NCBI GenBank assembly: GCA_964396095.1
Contig: CAYNCK010000075.1
Coordinates: 8,626 to 72,625, forward strand
Source: an uncultured Methanosarcinales archaeon
GTDB taxonomy: Archaea; Nanobdellota; Nanobdellia; Woesearchaeales; GW2011-AR4
Direction of reading: 5' to 3'
Length of the DNA: 64,000 nucleotides
Shown: positions 44,743 to 54,285 of the stretch, one piece after another
Numbering within the stretch: position 1 is the stretch's first letter
Layout: every line of letters starts with the position of its first letter
Notes under the pieces: generated by a model
The model's database searches: none
What the model was told of the DNA's origin: nothing
What the model saw: only the letters and a program-made list of their open reading frames with translations
Made by a program: the position numbers and the translations under genes

Positions 44743-44934
44743 TTACATAAACATTTCATCCATTTCAAACTCAGAAAGCTCTTTTTTGTTAATGAGCTTT
44801 GCAAAATCCTTCTCCTTCATCTTCTTCCTGGATTCTCTCATTGTCTCAATATGTTCCATATTTTCGTCCAAGAATAATTCTTCTGATTCCATTGTATTAA
44901 TAATTTGCGCTCGACTGGCTGTTATAGCTGGCAT
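44743..44934 (-). CDS. Small acidic hypothetical protein.
   Basis: 63-aa ORF immediately upstream of the Tat-signal protein gene. Confidence 0.25.
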   Translation of the reverse strand: MPAITASRAQIINTMESEELFLDENMEHIETMRESRKKMKEKDFAKLINKKELSEFEMDEMFM

Positions 44935-45035
44935 TAGGCTGGTATTTTTCAGCCCTTTCCTCGATTATTTTTACGCCATTTTCCGCTACTTCGCACGCCA
45001 AACACATAATTAAAACCCCCAACTTTATATATTGT

Positions 45036-45053
45036 TATCACTTGGTAGTGATA
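45036..45053. promoter_or_regulatory. TGM-like palindrome TATCAC-N6-GTGATA.
   Basis: tTATCACttggtaGTGATAc, seen directly in the sequence. It resembles the Thermococcales glycolytic motif bound by TrmB-family regulators. It lies ~100 nt upstream of the 44934 start. Confidence 0.35.
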
Positions 45054-45156
45054 CAACTTATATATAAAGCTTTCGCTTGATAATATGAAAACATATTACT
45101 TACAATATAGAAAATAAATATCCGCCTATTATATTATATAAGAAGTTAGACAGAGC

Positions 45157-45522
45157 TTACTTTACGGGATGCCTCATAAAATGCCTACAATTCATGCAGT
45201 AATATATTACTCTGTGCTTGTGAATTCTTACCCTGCAGTTAACCCCGGGCACCAGGTATTTGAGGCAATTCTTGCAGAATTTTTTCTTTAATTGTGGAGG
45301 AAGTCTTATCTTGTATTTCATTGCTATTTTTCTTGCAATCTTTATGTATTTGTCAGATAGCTTGCTTTCTTGTTTGAAAGATTCTTTTGCTTCCTGAAAA
45401 AGAAAATTAATCCTTGCTTTTGCAATCTTAATGACTTTATTGGGCTTGCTGGTGTATTTTCTGAGCATTTTAGTTGATGTAATATGAATTTTTATTAATC
45501 TTTTTATTTGTATATTATACAA
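45157..45522 (-). CDS. rnp4: Ribonuclease P protein component 4 (Rpp21/Rpr2 family).
   Basis: Basic N-terminal helices plus the C-terminal zinc ribbon KFCKNCLKYLVPGVNCRVRIHKHRVIYYCMNCRHF. Confidence 0.7.
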   Translation of the reverse strand: MYNIQIKRLIKIHITSTKMLRKYTSKPNKVIKIAKARINFLFQEAKESFKQESKLSDKYIKIARKIAMKYKIRLPPQLKKKFCKNCLKYLVPGVNCRVRIHKHRVIYYCMNCRHFMRHPVK

Positions 45523-45586
45523 TTATTAATATTTTATAGTAGTAACATTAAAAACCTTTATAAGCATTAAACCATAAGTTTACCTG

Positions 45587-46660
45587 ATGTCAAGAATAAA
45601 TAATCAAGTAACTAGGATTGATAATTTTTATCCTAATATGTCAACAAGGGAGATTGCCAGAAGTTTAGGTATTGCTGATTGTACTGCACATGCTATTAAA
45701 CATTATGGTTCCACTAGGCAATATAAGGATTATCTGGCTCAGCAAAAGGGATTTGATTCACATTTAGATTATAGGAATTCTCAGCGGAAACTAAAATGGG
45801 AAGAAATTCAGAAACTGGCAACAGAATATTATGAAGTTAAGGAAAGTAGTGGCTTAGGATCTCTATGCTCAAACCGGAGCGATAGGCAAAATGAAATTAT
45901 AGAAAAAATCCTGCATTTGGCAAAACCAATTTTTTATAAAATAGGGCATAGGTTACAAGGCTTTGGCCAGCCGGTAAGCATACAGGGGCGTGAAGTTTCT
46001 CTTAGGGGATTTGGAGGTTCCTATTCGGTAGACGACCTTGCCCAAGAGGCTGGCTTATATGTTTTTAGAAAATTCCATTTGTACGACCCCCATAACAGAA
46101 GCATTAGTACCTGGCTTTATGCTTCTATAATTGGAAGCATGTTAAATAGAGGGGGAAATTTTGGTTCTGTTCTTACAATTACTGAACATGCTGTTAGAAA
46201 AGGAAAAAAAATATTACGAACAAAAATGACTTTGGAAGATTTTATAGAACCAGCAAGCAAAATAAATACCACAGGAAGAGATGCAAAAAAAATAACCTCA
46301 GCAGCTCTGCTTTATATGTCATTAACCAGCCAATATTCGGAGATTTCTGGGATAGATGAATCTCAAATTGATTATACTGCGCTTGAAACAATCACTGAAA
46401 ATACACCAAAATCACCGTTAGATGAATTACAAATGTTAGAAAAAATTGGATTAGTCTCTGTAGTCCTAAAAAGTTTGCCAAAAAAAGAACAGCAAGTAAT
46501 TAAGATGATATTTGGATTTGAAGGTGACAAAGAAATGACAATGGAAGAAATTGGTGATAGCCTTAATATTAGTAGAACCAATTTATTTAGAATTAAAAAT
46601 AGGGCACTTGAAAAGTTAAGAAATTTTTTAATGAGCAAATTGGGAACAGAATTTCTCTAA
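45587..46660 (+). CDS. Sigma-70/ECF-family sigma factor homologue with an N-terminal extension carrying an extra HTH.
   Basis: Region 2 is VDDLAQEAGLYVFRKFHLYDPHNRSISTWLYASIIGSML (consensus eDl.QetFl.vwr....yd.....f.tWLy.Iarn). Region 4 is LPKKEQQVIKMIFGFEGDKEMTMEEIGDSLNISRTNLFRIKNRALEKLRNFL (consensus Lp.reR.V..l.y..g.s..EIa..lgis.gtVksrl.RA...Lr). The first ~150 aa contain an additional HTH-like stretch (MSTREIARSLGIADCTAHAIKHYG). Confidence 0.7.
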   Translation: MSRINNQVTRIDNFYPNMSTREIARSLGIADCTAHAIKHYGSTRQYKDYLAQQKGFDSHLDYRNSQRKLKWEEIQKLATEYYEVKESSGLGSLCSNRSDRQNEIIEKILHLAKPIFYKIGHRLQGFGQPVSIQGREVSLRGFGGSYSVDDLAQEAGLYVFRKFHLYDPHNRSISTWLYASIIGSMLNRGGNFGSVLTITEHAVRKGKKILRTKMTLEDFIEPASKINTTGRDAKKITSAALLYMSLTSQYSEISGIDESQIDYTALETITENTPKSPLDELQMLEKIGLVSVVLKSLPKKEQQVIKMIFGFEGDKEMTMEEIGDSLNISRTNLFRIKNRALEKLRNFLMSKLGTEFL

Positions 46661-48780
46661 ATAAACAACGGCACAAGCACAAGTGTTATTGTCGACAATA
46701 GCTTAATCAAGACGTGCAATGAAGGTCCTGCGCAATCTTTAAATGGATCTCCAACAGTATCTCCTGTTACAGCTGCCTTATGAGCTTCAGATCCTTTTCC
46801 TCCGTAATTACCATCTTCAATGAACTTCTTTGCATTATCCCAAGCTCCTCCGCTTGTGTTCATCAGCAAAGCCATCAAAATACCAGTCATTGTCCCTACC
46901 ATCAAAAATGCGCCGGCAGCTTCATATTTTAAAGTCATTCCAACAATAATTGTTGTAACAACAACAAGCAATCCCGGCAAAACCATTTTTTTCAATGAAG
47001 CTTTTACGCAAATGTCAACAACTTTTGCATAATCAGGCTTTGATTTTCCGGTCATGATTCCTTTATTTGTTTTCCATTGCCGCCTTACTTCATTTACAAT
47101 TGAATAAGCAGCATCTCCGACAGCCTTTATTGCTAATGAACTGAAAAGAAAGATAAGCATTGCTCCTAAAAATCCTCCAACAAAAACGTGAATCTTTGAA
47201 AGGTCAATTCCAACTGATTGTATAGGGACTCCGCCTTTTGCATTTATGTATTTTACAACATCATCAAGATAAGCGCTGAATAATAAAAATGCAGCAAGCG
47301 CAGCACTTCCAACAGCATAACCTTTTGTCAAAGCTTTTGTTGTGTTTCCGACAGCATCCAATCTGTCTGTCCTTTTTCTTACGGCTTCTGGAGCTTTTGA
47401 CATCTCTGCAATTCCGCCTGCATTGTCCGTTATAGGTCCAAAATTGTCCATAGCAAGAATAAAAGCAGCTGTTCCAAGCATGCCCATTGTTGCCATTGCC
47501 GTTCCATATAATCCGCCATGATCAAACCCGCTTGATTTGCCTAACCAAAATGAAATTAGAAGAGCGAGCGACAAAACAATTACAGGAGCAGCTGTTGCTT
47601 TCATTCCGACAGCAAAGCCCGTAATAATATTAGTTCCATGCCCTGTTTGTGATGCCTTTGCAATATCCTTAACAGGCTTGTATTTGTGGTCAGTGTAATA
47701 AACTGTTATTAAAACAATCAAGATACTGGTAATTATTCCGACAACTCCCGCAAAAAAGAACCACATGTTATCTTTCAGCAGCCATTTTACTGCAAAATAA
47801 AATCCAGCTGCAGCTAATACACTAGTAATTAAATAACCCCTGTTTAATGCATTCATTGGATCCTGATTTTCATTTTTAAGTTTTGTAAACATTACTCCGA
47901 TTATGCTTGCAATTAATCCAAATGCCCTTGCAACAAGAGGAAACAAAATTCCATTCAATCCAAACTCCTTATACAAAGCTACTCCCAAAATCATAGCTCC
48001 GATATTTTCGGCTGCAGTGCTTTCAAACAAATCAGCGCCTCTGCCTGCACAGTCTCCGACATTATCTCCAACCAAGTCAGCAATAACAGCAGGATTTCTT
48101 GGATCATCTTCCGGAATTCCCTTTTCAACTTTTCCAACCAAGTCTGAACCCACATCAGCAGCTTTTGTATAAATTCCCCCCCCTAATTGAGCAAACAAAG
48201 CAACAAATGATGCTCCAAAACCGTATCCTACAATTAAAAAGGGAATTTCTTTTGCAGGAGCCCCGAGACTTGAGTTAAATAAGTATATTAAAGAAACTCC
48301 AAGCAAAGACATTGAAACAATCACAATTCCGGTTACTGCGCCTCCCCTTAATGCAGTTACAAATGCTTCGCTTATGCTTCTTCTTGCAGCACTAGATGTT
48401 CTTATATTAGTCCTTATAGAAACCCACATTCCGACAATCCCTGCCAATGCAGAGCTGAACGCACCAAACAAAAATGCAACTGAAGTTTTCCATCCAAGCG
48501 ATTGCTGGTTTAAGAATGCATAAACGCCATAAATAATAACTGCAAGTGCAATTGTAAGAATTCCGATTGTCGTGTACTGCCTCTTGACAAAAGCCTCTGC
48601 GCCAATCTTTATTGCATTTGAAACATCAAGCATTGCAGGTGTCCCTGTGTCTTTCTTTAGAATTTGTCTTGTTAAATAGGCTGCAAACAGCAATGCCAGA
48701 ATGCTTATTGAAATCACTAAAGTCAATAAATCCATTTTATTTGGGAAAATAAAGGGGTTTATAAAGGTTTTGAGAAACAA
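46657..48780 (-). CDS. hppA: Membrane-bound H+/Na+-translocating pyrophosphatase.
   Basis: GGGIYTKAADVGSDLVGKVE, DNVGDCAGRGADLFES, and 707 aa with ~16 TM helices. Confidence 0.9.
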   Translation of the reverse strand: MFLKTFINPFIFPNKMDLLTLVISISILALLFAAYLTRQILKKDTGTPAMLDVSNAIKIGAEAFVKRQYTTIGILTIALAVIIYGVYAFLNQQSLGWKTSVAFLFGAFSSALAGIVGMWVSIRTNIRTSSAARRSISEAFVTALRGGAVTGIVIVSMSLLGVSLIYLFNSSLGAPAKEIPFLIVGYGFGASFVALFAQLGGGIYTKAADVGSDLVGKVEKGIPEDDPRNPAVIADLVGDNVGDCAGRGADLFESTAAENIGAMILGVALYKEFGLNGILFPLVARAFGLIASIIGVMFTKLKNENQDPMNALNRGYLITSVLAAAGFYFAVKWLLKDNMWFFFAGVVGIITSILIVLITVYYTDHKYKPVKDIAKASQTGHGTNIITGFAVGMKATAAPVIVLSLALLISFWLGKSSGFDHGGLYGTAMATMGMLGTAAFILAMDNFGPITDNAGGIAEMSKAPEAVRKRTDRLDAVGNTTKALTKGYAVGSAALAAFLLFSAYLDDVVKYINAKGGVPIQSVGIDLSKIHVFVGGFLGAMLIFLFSSLAIKAVGDAAYSIVNEVRRQWKTNKGIMTGKSKPDYAKVVDICVKASLKKMVLPGLLVVVTTIIVGMTLKYEAAGAFLMVGTMTGILMALLMNTSGGAWDNAKKFIEDGNYGGKGSEAHKAAVTGDTVGDPFKDCAGPSLHVLIKLLSTITLVLVPLFI

Positions 48781-48929
48781 GAAATAAAATGTGCAGTTTA
48801 AGTTAATTTATAGAATTGCATGATAAGGTTAAAAATTATAATTGAAGCTATTAATATTCTTTTTAGTAATTTTGCTTGTTAACTTTGCCATCCTGAGAAA
48901 CGCAGGAAAAAGAATAATATCTCGGATAA

Positions 48930-49136
48930 CTTGGAGTTAGGCATTCTTCAATATCTGCAATTCTTCCTAATCTTCTGTCGGGCATTGGGCCCGGTGGAAG
49001 TGTAAGGACAGTCATTCCAATCAGCCTCTTGATAGAGGCATTGATCATCTCTGTAAGCATAGGCATGGTCGCAGGTGCTATTCCTGCTTATAGAGCTTCG
49101 AAGCTGAAGCCGGTTGATGCTCTTAGATATGAATAA
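48930..49136 (+). pseudogene. Remnant C-terminus (68 codons, no start codon) of an FtsX/MacB-family ABC permease.
   Basis: A stop-bounded frame reads ...SGIGPGGSVRTVIPISLLIEALIISVSIGMVAGAIPAYRASKLKPVDALRYE*. This is the hallmark FtsX C-terminal TM4 and tail (GaiPAyrAarl.PveALR.E). A TAA lies immediately upstream and there is no Met-initiated ORF of 60 aa or more. Confidence 0.6.
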
Positions 49137-49217
49137 ATTCTGAAATAATTGTTTTTTAAATGACATCCACTTTAAAATAGTAAAAATTATATGTAGATAA
49201 TGATTTAAGACTGTAAA

Positions 49218-50489
49218 ATGCTGAATTTCCTTAAAAAAATACTTCAAAATGAAAAGCAGTATACAAAAAGGGAATATGATATACCTCTGCAGAATCTTGA
49301 AGAGTGGCTTAATGAAAAATCAAAGCCGCTGCTGGAGGATGTAAAAATAAGGATTGAAGGAAATTTAATGCAAGTTAATGAAGAGCTGCAAAGGGCAAGG
49401 ATTAATGTTGAGGTTCTTGAGAACGCAAAATTGCAAAATCCAAACATCCCTTTCAAGGCAAAGCAATACATGGAAGGAAACAGGAAAGCCTACATAAGGT
49501 CGGTAAATTCTTTCCTGGGGCATCTTGAAATTAACAATAAGGATTACTTCTATCTGGTTGAATTCTGCAAGTTATTTGATGAATTAATTGATGAATTAAA
49601 CAAGGGAACATTAAGAAGTTATACTATACTCCAGGAATTTTTTTCAAATGAAACTGAAAAGATAGCTGGCAACCTGAGGAATTTTGACAATCTGTTCAGG
49701 GATTTAAAATCTATACTTAATGATAAAAAGATGGTCGCTGTCAACAGCGCAGTTGAAAAAGCCCAAAATCTAAAGTCCAGGATAAGGCAGAAAATAAGCC
49801 TCGATATTGACTTAAAAGGAATGGAAGCAGAATTAAAGCTTGTAAGCGCCGAAAAGGAAACTACTTTGGCAAGTATTGAAAATTTCGATAAAAGCGATGA
49901 GCACAATAACTTCCTGAAGCTTAATGAAGAAAAAAAATCAAAGATAGTTGCATTTTATAATGACCAAAATATTATATTGCAGTCATTTTCTGTTTTGGAA
50001 AGGCCATTGCGTAAATACAGCCACGTCGCATTCGAGCATGAGGAATTTGTTTTGGACTATCTGAAAAACCCCATTGAAGCAATAATTAGCGACAAAAATC
50101 TTGTTATTTTGGAAATCCTAGGGAAGCTTGCTGAATTACTGAACGAAGGCAAAATTCAGGTTGACGACAGGAAAAAAGAAAAAGCAGTGGAGGAAATCAG
50201 GAGGTTAAGCAAGGAATTTATCGGGCAATTCATAAAAAAGTATTTTTCATTTAAATCTGAAGTGGAGGAAATTGACCATAAAATGAAACTGTCCGGTGTT
50301 ACTGAAAAATTCAGGAATTTCAACCGCAATTTGGAAAAAATAAATATTAGTATAGAAAAATTCAGCGAGGAATATGAGAAGCTAAAAAGTGATTCATTAA
50401 GCATGAACAGATTTATTGAAAATGTGAGAAGTGATATTGAAAATTCTATGAAAACAATATTTAATGAGGAAGTTAAGGTTTCCTGTTAA
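49218..50489 (+). CDS. Coiled-coil hypothetical protein.
   Basis: 423 aa, rich in E/K/L heptad-like segments. No enzymatic motif. Confidence 0.45.
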   Translation: MLNFLKKILQNEKQYTKREYDIPLQNLEEWLNEKSKPLLEDVKIRIEGNLMQVNEELQRARINVEVLENAKLQNPNIPFKAKQYMEGNRKAYIRSVNSFLGHLEINNKDYFYLVEFCKLFDELIDELNKGTLRSYTILQEFFSNETEKIAGNLRNFDNLFRDLKSILNDKKMVAVNSAVEKAQNLKSRIRQKISLDIDLKGMEAELKLVSAEKETTLASIENFDKSDEHNNFLKLNEEKKSKIVAFYNDQNIILQSFSVLERPLRKYSHVAFEHEEFVLDYLKNPIEAIISDKNLVILEILGKLAELLNEGKIQVDDRKKEKAVEEIRRLSKEFIGQFIKKYFSFKSEVEEIDHKMKLSGVTEKFRNFNRNLEKINISIEKFSEEYEKLKSDSLSMNRFIENVRSDIENSMKTIFNEEVKVSC

Positions 50490-50608
50490 TTGTTAGGAAT
50501 TCCCCATCGCTTGCGATGATTGGGTTTTGGAAAACCGATTATTTTATATTCATGGGAATTCATAACTTTAAAAATACCCAGCTACTTTGGGCTATTGGGA
50601 TTTTTATT

Positions 50609-51805
50609 TCAGGATTTTCGAAATTTCTTGTAGCTTTCTTCCAATGCATGAATTCCTGGCAGTTTCTTACCCTCAAAGAACTCAAGAGACGCACCTCCGC
50701 CGGTGCTTACATGCATCAATTTGTCTGCATATCCAAATTTCTCTACAGCCGCAGCAGAATCACCTCCGCCAACAATTGTGACTGCTTTTAGTGTTGATAA
50801 AAATCTTGCAATCTCCTTTGTACCATATGCAAATTTGTCAAACTCAAAAACACCAAGCGGCCCTGACCATAAGACAGTCTTCGCATTTTTCAAAATGTTT
50901 TTATAATTTTCTACTGCTTTTGGGCCTATGTCTAGTCCCATCCACCCCTCAGGGATATCATCAACGCCAACAACTTTGGAATTTGCATTTGGATCGAGCT
51001 TGTCAGCAACAACTAAATCGCTCGGCAGCTCAATCTTCGGGTTTTTCAGCAATTTTTTTGCCAATTCAATGGACTCATTTTCAACTTTAGATGACCCGAC
51101 ATTTTTCCCCTGCGCTTTCAGGAATGTCAAAGCCATTGCGCCTCCAATCAAGATATTGTCAACTTTGGAAAGTAGATTTTCAATAACTTTTATTTTGTCA
51201 GAGATTTTTGCCCCGCCTAATATTCCAATAAACGGCTTGTCAGGATTCTCCAATGCCTTGCCCATAATTTTTAATTCCTTCTCGACAAGAAATCCGGCAG
51301 CTGACTTAATGTATTTTGCAACCCCATAAGTGGATGCATGCGCCCTGTGGCATGTTCCGAATGCATCGTTAACGTACATGTCTGCAAGGGCAGCAAGCTG
51401 TTTTGAGAAATTCGCGTCATTTGCCTCTTCTTCAGGATAAAACCTCAGATTCTCAAGCAAAATTATTTCCCCATCCTTCATCTTATTCACTTCCCCCAGT
51501 ACATATTCTCCGATACATTTATACAATTTTTTTATTTTTATGTTTAACAGCTGCTGCAGCCTTAAAGCAATCTTGTCCATTTTCAAAGCTTCAACAATTT
51601 TTCCGTCAGGCCTTCCAAGATGGGAGCATAGTATGACCTTAGCATTTCTTTCAATTAGGAATTTTATTGTAGGGAGGCTTTCCCTTATTCTTTTGTCATC
51701 TGCAATCTCATTTGTCTTTTTGTCAAGAGGCACATTAAAGTCAAATCTTACAAGAACTCTTTTTCCCTTGACATCCAGGTCTTTAAGCGTGAAAAATTTC
51801 TGCAT
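50609..51805 (-). CDS. pgk: Phosphoglycerate kinase.
   Basis: RVLVRFDFNVPLD...ILCSHLGRPDG. 398 aa. Confidence 0.9.
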   Translation of the reverse strand: MQKFFTLKDLDVKGKRVLVRFDFNVPLDKKTNEIADDKRIRESLPTIKFLIERNAKVILCSHLGRPDGKIVEALKMDKIALRLQQLLNIKIKKLYKCIGEYVLGEVNKMKDGEIILLENLRFYPEEEANDANFSKQLAALADMYVNDAFGTCHRAHASTYGVAKYIKSAAGFLVEKELKIMGKALENPDKPFIGILGGAKISDKIKVIENLLSKVDNILIGGAMALTFLKAQGKNVGSSKVENESIELAKKLLKNPKIELPSDLVVADKLDPNANSKVVGVDDIPEGWMGLDIGPKAVENYKNILKNAKTVLWSGPLGVFEFDKFAYGTKEIARFLSTLKAVTIVGGGDSAAAVEKFGYADKLMHVSTGGGASLEFFEGKKLPGIHALEESYKKFRKS

Positions 51806-52006
51806 AATAGAAGCTCATTTGGATTAGTTTTAAAGTTTTTTGTTTTTAAATTCTCGCTTTAATCCAAAAATACAGGTAAATAAAAAAAATAAAAGCAATT
51901 GCAATATTTATGATTGCGAATGAAATGCTAGTCCAATAAAGTATTTTTTGTTTTTTGCTCTTTCCCATTATCAAGAAATTTTACCGATGAGTTAATTAAA
52001 AAACCC

Positions 52007-52624
52007 CTAAGCCTTTGCCTTTATCCTCTTCATCCTAAAGATGTTCTCGCGTTCCATTTCCTCAAGCCTGAGCTGGATGAATGATTTTACTTTCTCAAGA
52101 TTGGGTATTAATACAAACTCAAGGGCATTAACCCTTCTTTTTGTCCTTTCAATTTCGTTAAGAAGCTTTCTCATAGAGGTTTCTATTTCGGCTGCAAGAA
52201 TTATTTTCTCGACAACTTTTTCGTATGCTGCAGCCGCCTCATCAATTGCAGACGAATTGTAAATACCATATCCCCTTTCCATGAAAGCCTTCTGGATTTC
52301 AGAGCTCCCTATTTTCGGCACTTTTACTCCCATAATATTTTTTGTTGTTAACTTTACATCCGGAATGTCGTGAATTGCGAGCGCAATTGACTTTACTTTT
52401 AAATCACCTTCAAGCGCTCTTGCAATGTTCATTTTTTCAAGAGCGGATTTATACTCATTAACGAGCTCTTCCCTCAAGGTTCTTGTCTTTTTTAGAATTT
52501 CAAAAAACTCCAGAATTAATCCGTCTCTTTTCTTCTTAAGCAGGCTGTATCCTGATTTTGCCAGCTTAATCTGCTTCTTCAGCTTGAGAAGTTCGCTTCT
52601 TGTCGGCTTTATATCCTGTGCCAT
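52007..52624 (-). CDS. atpD: A-type ATP synthase subunit D.
   Basis: MAQDIKPTRSELLKLKKQIKLAKSGYSLLKKKRDGL. Coiled-coil central stalk subunit, last gene of the operon. Confidence 0.85.
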   Translation of the reverse strand: MAQDIKPTRSELLKLKKQIKLAKSGYSLLKKKRDGLILEFFEILKKTRTLREELVNEYKSALEKMNIARALEGDLKVKSIALAIHDIPDVKLTTKNIMGVKVPKIGSSEIQKAFMERGYGIYNSSAIDEAAAAYEKVVEKIILAAEIETSMRKLLNEIERTKRRVNALEFVLIPNLEKVKSFIQLRLEEMERENIFRMKRIKAKA

Positions 52625-52700
52625 TTTAATTGTTTATTTTAAATGTTAGGTTTTTATTAGATTATTTTATTTTAAATTTTTTATTTTTATAAATAGGAGA

Positions 52701-52731
52701 GGCAAAATCGATTGAAAGGAAAGATTTTGCC
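52701..52731. other. Perfect 9-bp stem hairpin GGCAAAATC-N13-GATTTTGCC inside the 278-nt atpB-atpD intergenic gap.
   Basis: Seen directly in the sequence. It is followed by a nested palindrome CAC-taACAATTGT-GTG (52733-52750). Confidence 0.3.
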
Positions 52732-52799
52732 GAGCACTAACAATTGTGAGCGAAGCGAACGGATTTAATTTATTTTTTATTATTCTATCGAATTTAATG

Positions 52800-52831
52800 T
52801 TTTAGCTATTCTCGCGCTGGACAATAGGCGC
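52800..52831 (-). promoter_or_regulatory. Copy 3 of the conserved element GCGCyTATTGTCCAGCG-N7-AGCTAAAA (minus-strand orientation), ~170 nt upstream of atpD.
   Basis: The reverse complement of 52800-52831 reads GCGCCTATTGTCCAGCG-cgagaat-AGCTAAAA. The copy at 9008-9039 reads GCGCTTATTGTCCAGCG-aaagaag-AGCTAAAA. The partial copy at 309-334 reads TTATCCAGCGC-aactgaa-ACTAAAA. Confidence 0.4.
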
Positions 52832-52902
52832 AATTCAATTAAACTTTTTCAAAAAATAAATCCTATAATATTTAAAAAAATAATAATTATAAAAAATTCT
52901 TT

Positions 52903-54285
52903 CTACTCTCCCTTGTAGTATTTCTTCTTAAGCTCGGGGCTTATTCTTGTCAGCTCATTTTCAGGCAGTATGCCCAGCAATTTCCATCCAAGGTCAAGTG
53001 TTTCTGCTATGCTCCTGTCCTCTTCCCTTTTCTGCCTTACAAACTTATCCTCGAATTCGGCGGCAAATTTGAGCAGTTTCTTGTCCCTGTCGCTCAATGC
53101 TTCCTCGCCGACAATTGCAACCAATCCTCTCATGTCCCTTCCTTCAGCGTAAGCAGCATACATCTGATCGCTTACTTGCTTATGATCTTCCCTTGTCTTT
53201 TCTTTTCCGATTCCAAGATTCATCAGCCTTGACAATGACGGCAAGACATCAATGCTCGGATAAATTCCTTTTCTGTGCAATTCCCTTGAAAGCACAATCT
53301 GCCCTTCTGTAATATATCCTGTCAAATCAGGAATGGGGTGTGTTATGTCGTCTCCAACCATCGTCAGAATCGGGATTTGTGTAACGCTCCCTTTCTTTCC
53401 TTTTATGACGCCGGCCCTTTCGTAAATCGTTGCAAGGTCTGTGTACATATAACCGGGATATCCTCTTCTTCCGGGAATTTCTTCCCTTGCAGCGCCAATC
53501 TCCCTCAATGATTCGCAATAATTTGTCATATCCGTTAAAATGACAAGTACATGTGCGTCATGCTCATACGCAAAATATTCGGCGGCAGTCAATGCCATTC
53601 TGGGTGTCACCAATCTTTCAACAGCAGGGTCATTTGCAAGGTTCAAAAAAACTACACTCCTTTCCAAAGCCCCTGTCTGCTCAAAATCGCTCATGAAGTA
53701 TTGTGCTTCCTCATTTGTGATGCCCATAGCTGCAAATATAACTACAAAATTTTCCTGCTTTCCAATGACTTTTGCCTGTCGCGCAATTTGAAGCGCAATC
53801 TCGCTGTGTGTGAGTCCAGAACCCGAAAATATAGGCAGCTTTTGCCCCCTGACTAGTGTGTTCATTGCATCAATTGTAGAAACTCCTGTCTGGATAAAAT
53901 CGTGCGGGGATGCCCTCGAAAAAGGATTGATTGCAGCTCCTATAATATCTAATCTTTTTTCAGGAATAATTTCTGAGCCGCCGTCAATCGGCTTGCCGCT
54001 TCCGTTTAAAACTCTCCCAAGCATGTCTTTTGAGACATTCAGCTTTAATGTATCGCCAAGAAATTTTACTCTGCTCTCGACATCAATTCCCGATGTTCCC
54101 TCAAATATCTGCACTACAACAATGTCATCGCTTGTGTCCAGTACCTGCCCGTTTTTTACATCGCCGTTTGACAATGCAATCTTAACTATGTCAGCATAGC
54201 CTACAGGCTCCGTCTTCTCGACAAAAATCAAAGGCCCCTTAATTTGTGTTATTGTCTTGTATTCCTTCATTGTAATCACTCTCAA
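52903..54285 (-). CDS. atpB: A-type ATP synthase subunit B (non-catalytic).
   Basis: 460 aa. Typical A/V-type B subunit sequence ([32 protein letters not shown]). Confidence 0.9.
   Translation of the reverse strand: MRVITMKEYKTITQIKGPLIFVEKTEPVGYADIVKIALSNGDVKNGQVLDTSDDIVVVQIFEGTSGIDVESRVKFLGDTLKLNVSKDMLGRVLNGSGKPIDGGSEIIPEKRLDIIGAAINPFSRASPHDFIQTGVSTIDAMNTLVRGQKLPIFSGSGLTHSEIALQIARQAKVIGKQENFVVIFAAMGITNEEAQYFMSDFEQTGALERSVVFLNLANDPAVERLVTPRMALTAAEYFAYEHDAHVLVILTDMTNYCESLREIGAAREEIPGRRGYPGYMYTDLATIYERAGVIKGKKGSVTQIPILTMVGDDITHPIPDLTGYITEGQIVLSRELHRKGIYPSIDVLPSLSRLMNLGIGKEKTREDHKQVSDQMYAAYAEGRDMRGLVAIVGEEALSDRDKKLLKFAAEFEDKFVRQKREEDRSIAETLDLGWKLLGILPENELTRISPELKKKYYKGE

Noticed and set aside
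28522-49004. A shared 11-mer, tgggcccggtg, at the tRNA-Ile 3' end (28522-28532) and inside the FtsX remnant (48993-49003), considered as possible att sites of a ~20 kb integrated element.
   Set aside because: The match does not extend beyond 11-12 nt. The intervening region is full of housekeeping genes (leuBCD, lipid synthesis, rnp4, hppA). No integrase or recombinase is present. This is most likely coincidence.
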